Assembly: GCA_030765185.1 (NCBI GenBank)
Contig: JAVCDE010000002.1
Coordinates: 853-64,852, forward strand
Direction of reading: 5' to 3'
Source of the DNA: Candidatus Aceula meridiana
GTDB lineage: Bacteria; Omnitrophota; Gorgyraeia; Zapsychrales; Aceulaceae
DNA: 64,000 bases
Part shown: in pieces, positions 58,678 to 64,000 of the stretch
Layout of the letters: each line of letters opens with the position of its first letter
Numbering within the stretch: position 1 is the stretch's first letter
Translations under genes and position numbers: made by a program
The notes under the pieces: generated by a model
What the model saw: the letters and a program-made list of their open reading frames with translations, nothing else
Told to the model about the DNA's origin: nothing
Databases searched by the model: none

Positions 58678-59889
58678 ATGAACAAAAAATTATTAGTTAT
58701 CACAATTTTAGCTGCAATGTTTCTAGCGACAAGTTCTGGGACAGCATTTAGCAAACCAATTGCTCTTCCAGAAAAAACATTGGAAAGCACTTTTGTCCCT
58801 AAAAATATCTTTTATGTTTCCTGTGATAAGAAATTACTGAATAAGGAGTCGATTGTTGCGGAATATGCACAAGGCACTCTGTTTAATGGCATTCAAGAAG
58901 CTATTGACGCAGCTAGTGCAGGAGACCTTGTCTTTGTTTTGCCGGGCACTTATGAAGAAGCGATTATTTTAAAAGAGGGAGTCTATGTTGTTGGCAGCGG
59001 TTATGACAACACCAAAATAGATGCAACAGGGATCAATACTGAATATGCTGTTATGGGCGCATCATATTCTGTTTTACAAGGATTTCATATTAAGAATGTT
59101 TCAGAAACCGCATCCGTTATCAAGCTTAACAAGGTACGTAATATGAAAATTCTTAACAACATGCTAGTTGGACAAGCCAATTATGGAATCCACATGCAAT
59201 CAAGCGCCTTTAACCTAATTAGTGGCAATGTAATCGGATTTGCGGATGATTCCTTTGAAGATGTTTCTCTCGCTCATGGAATTTATCTTCATGGAAGCTC
59301 TTACAACTCAGTCACAAAAAATAAAATTTTGTCAAATCAGTGGGCGGCTATCCTCGGTCATTACGCACCAAACACTCAAATTCATTACAACCTTATTGCC
59401 CGAAGACAACTTGATGGTGGATCTTCAAGTCATGGGGCCATCTATTTTGTCAATTGTAACAACGCGTCATTAGTTCATAACACAATTATATGCGAAGACA
59501 GCGGCACCGCTACACCCGCGGGAGGACTTGTTATTTATTTCTCTCAAGGCTGCACAATGCTAAACAATATCTCCCTGGGAACACGCTATGGTGTTTTTCT
59601 GGATGGAAACTCACAATTAAGTGCATCTTATAGTACAATTTTTAGTGAAGATCTAATTAATGGAGAACACGTTAAAGTAGGAGAAGGTAGTGTTTTTAAC
59701 GAAGGGTTAGAAGTTTCGTATGAAAACCCAATGGTAAACAAAGAAACCGGAAAACTGTTTTCTGGATCACCTTGCATTGATGCGGCAAAAGTAATAGATT
59801 TTAACGATCCAGACAACACAACTCCTGAAATTGGAGCATTTTATTACTCTGGCGATTCAAAGCCAATGGAGTCAAACGCCATTGAATAA
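58678..59889 (+). CDS. Secreted right-handed parallel beta-helix repeat protein
   Basis: Signal peptide MNKKLLVITILAAMFLATSSGTAFS-KP; repeated N..x..G(I/V)..xxS..N.I.xN motifs (PbH1-like: ILNNMLVGQANYGIHMQSS, NLISGNVIGFADDS, VTKNKILSNQWAAILG, LVHNTIICEDSG, MLNNISLGTRYGVFLDGNS). Confidence 0.7.
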   Translation: MNKKLLVITILAAMFLATSSGTAFSKPIALPEKTLESTFVPKNIFYVSCDKKLLNKESIVAEYAQGTLFNGIQEAIDAASAGDLVFVLPGTYEEAIILKEGVYVVGSGYDNTKIDATGINTEYAVMGASYSVLQGFHIKNVSETASVIKLNKVRNMKILNNMLVGQANYGIHMQSSAFNLISGNVIGFADDSFEDVSLAHGIYLHGSSYNSVTKNKILSNQWAAILGHYAPNTQIHYNLIARRQLDGGSSSHGAIYFVNCNNASLVHNTIICEDSGTATPAGGLVIYFSQGCTMLNNISLGTRYGVFLDGNSQLSASYSTIFSEDLINGEHVKVGEGSVFNEGLEVSYENPMVNKETGKLFSGSPCIDAAKVIDFNDPDNTTPEIGAFYYSGDSKPMESNAIE

Positions 59890-59944
59890 GATTCAGCATT
59901 CAAAGAAAGCTTAATAAATTTTAATAATATGGTTAGCGTGAAAC

Positions 59945-59970
59945 GGCCGGCTTGAAACGTCGGCCTTTTT
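59945..59970 (+). terminator. Rho-independent terminator after beta-helix protein gene
   Basis: GGCCGGC-ttgaaac-GTCGGCC stem-loop followed by TTTTTcTTTc. Confidence 0.65.
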
Positions 59971-59998
59971 CTTTCATGCAGAGATACTTGACAACATG

Positions 59999-60007
59999 TG
60001 ATATAAT
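59999..60007 (+). promoter_or_regulatory. Extended -10 promoter element (TGaTATAAT) upstream of membrane HD-GYP gene
   Basis: TG at 59999-60000, TATAAT 60002-07, 30 nt upstream of ATG 60038; upstream TTGACA at 59988-93 is too close to act as -35. Confidence 0.45.
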
Positions 60008-60037
60008 GCTAATTACCTTTAAAGAAATTTCTAAGAA

Positions 60038-61486
60038 ATGACTTCCATTCAAAAAAATCTAAATAACCGTCTTCACTTACACCCAGTAACGCTGGCGTTT
60101 GAAGATTCTTCCCGTGAGGAAGAATTCCTCGAATTTTATTTTTCGCATTACGCCGAGAACATGCGCATTTCTATGCTTTTAGGAATTCTTGTCTGGGGAT
60201 TATTTGGGCTTATTGAAATTTGGTTTTACCCAAAAACACTCCTATGGTCAATTCTGGTAATCCGCTATCTCTTTGTCTTGCCTATGATGACAGCCTCTTT
60301 TTTACTGACTTATTTAAAAAATCTCAGAAATCACGTGGGCTTTGCCATAGCCTTAGGCATCACGGCTTGCGCTTTCGGGACAATTGCAAAATTTGCTAGC
60401 TTGCCTAACGGCTTTCCCTATAACCCTGTTCCAAGTTTGATTACAATTTTTCTCTATGGATATGCGGTCATGCGCGCGCGCTTTAAATGGGCGTCAGCCA
60501 CAGGGCTCGCAATTATTATCTTTTATGCAATTGTGGCTACGTTGATTCGTCATCATCCCATACAAGATTTAGCCATTGATAGCTTTTTTTTAATCATGGT
60601 AAACTTTATAGGAATGTACGTCTGCTACTCTTTAGAAAGATTCGCCCGCAGAGACTTTGTTTATTCTCATCGATTAAAAACTGAAAAAATAAAAACAGAC
60701 CAGACTAACGAACAGCTTAAAGTAGAAATTACTGAGCGATATCTCGTTGAAGAAAAATTACGTCACCATCAAGAAAATTTAGAACAATTAGTTCACATGC
60801 GCACAAAAGATTTAGAGGCAACCCAACATGAAATGATTCACATGCTGGGCTTAGCCGCCGAATACCGTGACTGTGAAACCGGTCAGCACATCAAACGCAT
60901 GAGCTATTATTGCGTGGCGCTTGCGCAAGCCATCGGCCTTCCACAAAATGCCCGCGAACTCTTATTTTATGCAAGCCAAATGCATGACGTTGGAAAGCTT
61001 GGTATCCCTGATAAAATTTTATTAAAGCCCGGAAAATTAACAAAAGAAGAATGGGATGTCATGAAGAAACACACTTCAATTGGCGCAGAAATCCTCTCCA
61101 AAGACCATTCGCCTCTCTTGGACACTGCAAGAAATATCGCGCTCTTGCATCATGAAAAATGGGATGGGGGAGGCTATCCGAAAGGAATTAAAAAGGAAAA
61201 CATTCCGATGCTTGCACGAGTTGTTTGTTTGTGTGATGTGTTTGATGCATTGACATCTGATAGGCCCTACAAGGATGCCTGGTCAACTGATGAAGCATTA
61301 AGAGAGATCGAGCGTTTGTCCGGAAGTTGTTTTGATCCATTCCTTGTTATCAAATTCAAAGAAATCTTTCCAATCGTTCTAAAAATCTATAAAGATTTCT
61401 CAGATACGACACCGAAACAAAAGCAAACCTTGGAAAAAAGCACAAAACCCAAAAAGCAAAAACGAACTAAATACGAATCGAAATAA
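60038..61486 (+). CDS. Membrane-anchored HD-GYP domain c-di-GMP phosphodiesterase
   Basis: N-terminal ~200 aa with multiple TM helices; C-terminal HD-GYP domain (HDVGKLGIPD...HHEKWDGGGYP), paralogous to the HD-GYP domain at 2973-4034. Confidence 0.8.
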   Translation: MTSIQKNLNNRLHLHPVTLAFEDSSREEEFLEFYFSHYAENMRISMLLGILVWGLFGLIEIWFYPKTLLWSILVIRYLFVLPMMTASFLLTYLKNLRNHVGFAIALGITACAFGTIAKFASLPNGFPYNPVPSLITIFLYGYAVMRARFKWASATGLAIIIFYAIVATLIRHHPIQDLAIDSFFLIMVNFIGMYVCYSLERFARRDFVYSHRLKTEKIKTDQTNEQLKVEITERYLVEEKLRHHQENLEQLVHMRTKDLEATQHEMIHMLGLAAEYRDCETGQHIKRMSYYCVALAQAIGLPQNARELLFYASQMHDVGKLGIPDKILLKPGKLTKEEWDVMKKHTSIGAEILSKDHSPLLDTARNIALLHHEKWDGGGYPKGIKKENIPMLARVVCLCDVFDALTSDRPYKDAWSTDEALREIERLSGSCFDPFLVIKFKEIFPIVLKIYKDFSDTTPKQKQTLEKSTKPKKQKRTKYESK

Positions 61487-62429
61487 CACTTCGCAATCTT
61501 TCTTCAACTTTTTTTGAATCTTTCATCTGCATTAGCTCTGCACGCAGCCGCTTAGAACCCGGGGCCTCACGCAAATATCCAGCATAATATTTTTTGAAAT
61601 CATAAACACCTCGGCGCTCGCCTTTAAAGTCTATCGAAAATTTTAAATGCTTAAGGCATAACTCAATGCGCTCTTTAAATGTTGCGTCAGGTAAATACTC
61701 ACCCGAATCTAAAAAATATTTTATTTGCTGAAAAATCCATGGATTACTTATCGCACCTCGCCCGATCATAATTCCGTCGCAGCCGCTATCAAAAACTTGT
61801 TTCGCATCAGCAGGGGTAACAATATCACCATTTCCAATGAGCGGAATTTTTATTACCTTGCGTATTTTAGGAAGCCATGACCAATCGGCTACACCCTTGT
61901 ATCCTTGAGTGCGTGTACGACAATGAACCGTAAGGGCTTTCGCGCCAGCAGCCTCAACCATTTTAGCAACTTCGAGGATTACAATGTTTTCGGCATCCCA
62001 TCCTAATCGTGTCTTGACCGTAACTGGGAGAGAGGTCGCCTTAACAACTGCTTTGACAATTTTCTCAAAATTCTTTAAATCCTTTAAAAGCCCGGCGCCT
62101 TCGCCGCGGTTAACGAGATTGCGAACCCAGCATCCGGCATTAATATCAATAAAATCCGGCCCAACACTTTCAGCTACTTTTGCAGCTTCCCTCATGGACT
62201 CAGGATTACTGCCAAAAATTTGAATAGCAATAGGTCTTTCTTCATCGCGTATGCTGATTTTATGAAACGCAGTCTTTGCGTTACGAATTAGCGCCTCGCA
62301 AGAAGTGAATTCGGTATAAAGAATATCCGCGCCAAGCCGTTTACAAATCAAACGAAAGGAGGTGTCGCTGATATCTTCCATGGGAGCTAAAGAAATCGGG
62401 CGCTTAATATCTATCTTTCCAATTTTCAT
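61467..62429 (-). CDS. tRNA-dihydrouridine synthase
   Basis: LAPMEDISDTSFRLICKRLGADILYTEF, TIM-barrel Dus motifs (NAGCW, HCRTRTQGY); 320 aa; 3' end overlaps HD-GYP gene end by 20 nt (convergent). Confidence 0.85.
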   Translation of the reverse strand: MKIGKIDIKRPISLAPMEDISDTSFRLICKRLGADILYTEFTSCEALIRNAKTAFHKISIRDEERPIAIQIFGSNPESMREAAKVAESVGPDFIDINAGCWVRNLVNRGEGAGLLKDLKNFEKIVKAVVKATSLPVTVKTRLGWDAENIVILEVAKMVEAAGAKALTVHCRTRTQGYKGVADWSWLPKIRKVIKIPLIGNGDIVTPADAKQVFDSGCDGIMIGRGAISNPWIFQQIKYFLDSGEYLPDATFKERIELCLKHLKFSIDFKGERRGVYDFKKYYAGYLREAPGSKRLRAELMQMKDSKKVEERLRSVISIRI

Positions 62430-62502
62430 AGAGCCATTATAGCGAAAATCTTAAAGCATGCAAATATATTGCGCACCGCTTATAAATACGTATACTATTA
62501 CT

Positions 62503-63789
62503 ATGAGTAAAACAATCTCTTTTCATACTCTTGGCTGTCGCTCGAATCAATCCGAAACCGCAGTTTTAAAAAATTTATTCTCAAAAGACGGCTATAAAAT
62601 TGTTAAACCTGATACTGCTGCCGATGTTGCTGTCATTAATACTTGCACGGTAACAGAAAAAGGTGATTCTGATACACGTAAACTCGTTTCCAGAATAAAT
62701 CGCACTAATCCTAGTGTAAAAATTGCACTTATTGGATGTCAGGCGCAAACTCAAGGACAGGAGCTCTCGATTTTGCCTAATGTGCGTTGGATTGTCGGCA
62801 ACGCCGAAAAGATGAGCTTGGTCAATCTTATCCATCAAATTGAAGAAGATGAGCTTGTTAAAATTATAACGCCTCCAATTAAACAGGAAAGCTTTACTGT
62901 TCCAGCTCCTGGAATTGATGATGAACGTACCCGCGCGAACATTAAAATTCAAGAGGGGTGTGACTCATTTTGTACATTTTGTGAAGTTCCCTATGCCAGG
63001 GGGCAGGCGCGCTCTCGTGAATTTGAAGATATTCTTAAAGAAGCCAAAGAGCTTGTTGATGCCGGATATAAAGAACTTGTCCTTACCGGAACAAATATCG
63101 GAGTTTATCATGACAAATCTCGAGGACTTGTCGATGTTGTTACTGCTTTAGAAAAATATTCTGCCCTTGAACGCATTCGCGTTTCATCTATTGAGCCAAA
63201 CGCTATTCCGTATGATCTAGCTCTTTTGATGGGCACAAAAACTAAATTATGCCGTCACCTGCATTTGCCTTTACAAAGCGCTAGCGATGAAATTATTGAA
63301 CGTATGGGACGCAGATATACACAAAAAGAACTAAGCTTATTTTTAAAATTTGCGTCAAAAAATATCCAAGGAGTTTGTCTGGGGGCAGATATTATTGTAG
63401 GCTTCCCAGGAGAAACGGAAAGGCACTTTGAGGAAACCTATATGTTTCTTGAAGACTCTCCGCTGGTTTATTTTCACACTTTTAGTTATTCAAATCGAAA
63501 ATTTGCCAAAAGCCGAAAATTGGGCGCGCAAGTTGACAAAACTATTATTGCTCGTCGAAGCAAATCACTTCGCAATCTTGGGTCAGAGAAAAAAAAGGCC
63601 TTCTTAAAACAATTTGTTGGGACATATCAAAAAGTCCTTTTTGAGGAGAGAAAGGAAGGCGCCTGGAGCGGCCTTACCGACAACTATTTACGTGTTCAAA
63701 CACATTCAAGTCAAAATTTAAGAAATCGAGTAATATCTGTGACGATCACTGAGATTAAAAATGATATTCTCCTCGGAGAAATGCAATAA
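62503..63789 (+). CDS. MiaB-family radical SAM methylthiotransferase (MtaB/RimO-like)
   Basis: N-terminal MTTase domain FHTLGCRSNQSE...VINTCTV, radical SAM CDSFCTFC, C-terminal TRAM-like region; ATG 62503 preferred over upstream ATG 62458. Confidence 0.8.
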   Translation: MSKTISFHTLGCRSNQSETAVLKNLFSKDGYKIVKPDTAADVAVINTCTVTEKGDSDTRKLVSRINRTNPSVKIALIGCQAQTQGQELSILPNVRWIVGNAEKMSLVNLIHQIEEDELVKIITPPIKQESFTVPAPGIDDERTRANIKIQEGCDSFCTFCEVPYARGQARSREFEDILKEAKELVDAGYKELVLTGTNIGVYHDKSRGLVDVVTALEKYSALERIRVSSIEPNAIPYDLALLMGTKTKLCRHLHLPLQSASDEIIERMGRRYTQKELSLFLKFASKNIQGVCLGADIIVGFPGETERHFEETYMFLEDSPLVYFHTFSYSNRKFAKSRKLGAQVDKTIIARRSKSLRNLGSEKKKAFLKQFVGTYQKVLFEERKEGAWSGLTDNYLRVQTHSSQNLRNRVISVTITEIKNDILLGEMQ

Positions 63790-63803
63790 AACTTGGAGGC
63801 TTT

Positions 63804-63968
63804 ATGGAAAGTATCCCTATGAAAGTTTTTTTAAGAAGAGTTCCGAATAACCGTGATGTTTTCGAATTTACGATTGCCACGCCTATTCTTCGAACACAGT
63901 TTCAGCTGCCGAGGCATGTCGTCAATCAAATGAGGATTCTTATTGAACGGGCTTTAGTTAAAAAATAG
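63804..63968 (+). CDS. Small hypothetical protein (54 aa)
   Basis: SD GGAGG 5 nt upstream; MESIPMKVFLRRVPNNRDVFEFTIATPILRTQFQLPRHVVNQMRILIERALVKK; no recognisable family. Confidence 0.4.
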   Translation: MESIPMKVFLRRVPNNRDVFEFTIATPILRTQFQLPRHVVNQMRILIERALVKK

Positions 63969-64000
63969 GTATATTATGCCGTTAACTGCCGTAGAAAGAG

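Overview
This 64 kb window is a densely coding chromosomal segment from an AT-rich Gram-negative bacterium. GC is low by eye, and Shine-Dalgarno sites are common. Gram-negative status rests on a CsgG-like outer-membrane protein, lipoboxes, NfeD/stomatin and the Rnf complex. No rRNA, tRNA, CRISPR array, transposase, integrase or phage gene was seen.

The segment is mostly core metabolism:
- NAD kinase, MutY, SurE.
- Citrate synthase, leucyl aminopeptidase, an NfeD-stomatin pair, class II fumarase.
- A three-gene pntAA-pntAB-pntB transhydrogenase on the minus strand.
- An RseC-like gene followed by rnfB-C-D-G-E-(unknown secreted ORF)-A.
- An AmmeMemoRadiSam-type radical SAM enzyme, exonuclease III, a PEBP/YbhB protein.
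- Aconitase A, leuCD, aroC, an SDR, cysK, an MBL-fold hydrolase.
- A thioredoxin-like gene translationally coupled to thiC, a BioB-like radical SAM, trxB, menA.
- ilvBH on the minus strand, a CPA2 antiporter with CBS domains, a ThiI-like PP-loop ATPase, an FMN-binding GltS-family protein.
- A minus-strand operon of ABC exporter, gshA (T. ferrooxidans type), gshB and glutaredoxin.
- A parallel beta-helix secreted protein, a membrane HD-GYP protein, a Dus enzyme and a MiaB-family methylthiotransferase.

Accessory or unusual content:
- A six-gene phosphorelay cluster (REC-HD-GYP, hybrid kinase with an apparently degenerate N-terminal HPt, two CheY-like receivers, a CheX-like protein, a stand-alone HPt).
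- A 920-aa secreted protein whose C-terminal part shows protein-kinase-like motifs.
- A cluster of small secreted or basic proteins ending in a CsgG-family channel protein and a Gly-zipper lipoprotein. It includes a stand-alone triple-NUMOD3 protein and a small Cys-rich protein.
- A small secreted ORF translationally coupled inside the rnf operon.
- A GC-rich, promoter- and terminator-flanked intergenic element that looks like an independent small-RNA unit.
- A G9 homopolymer immediately upstream of the beta-helix surface protein gene.

The taxon cannot be assigned from sequence alone.
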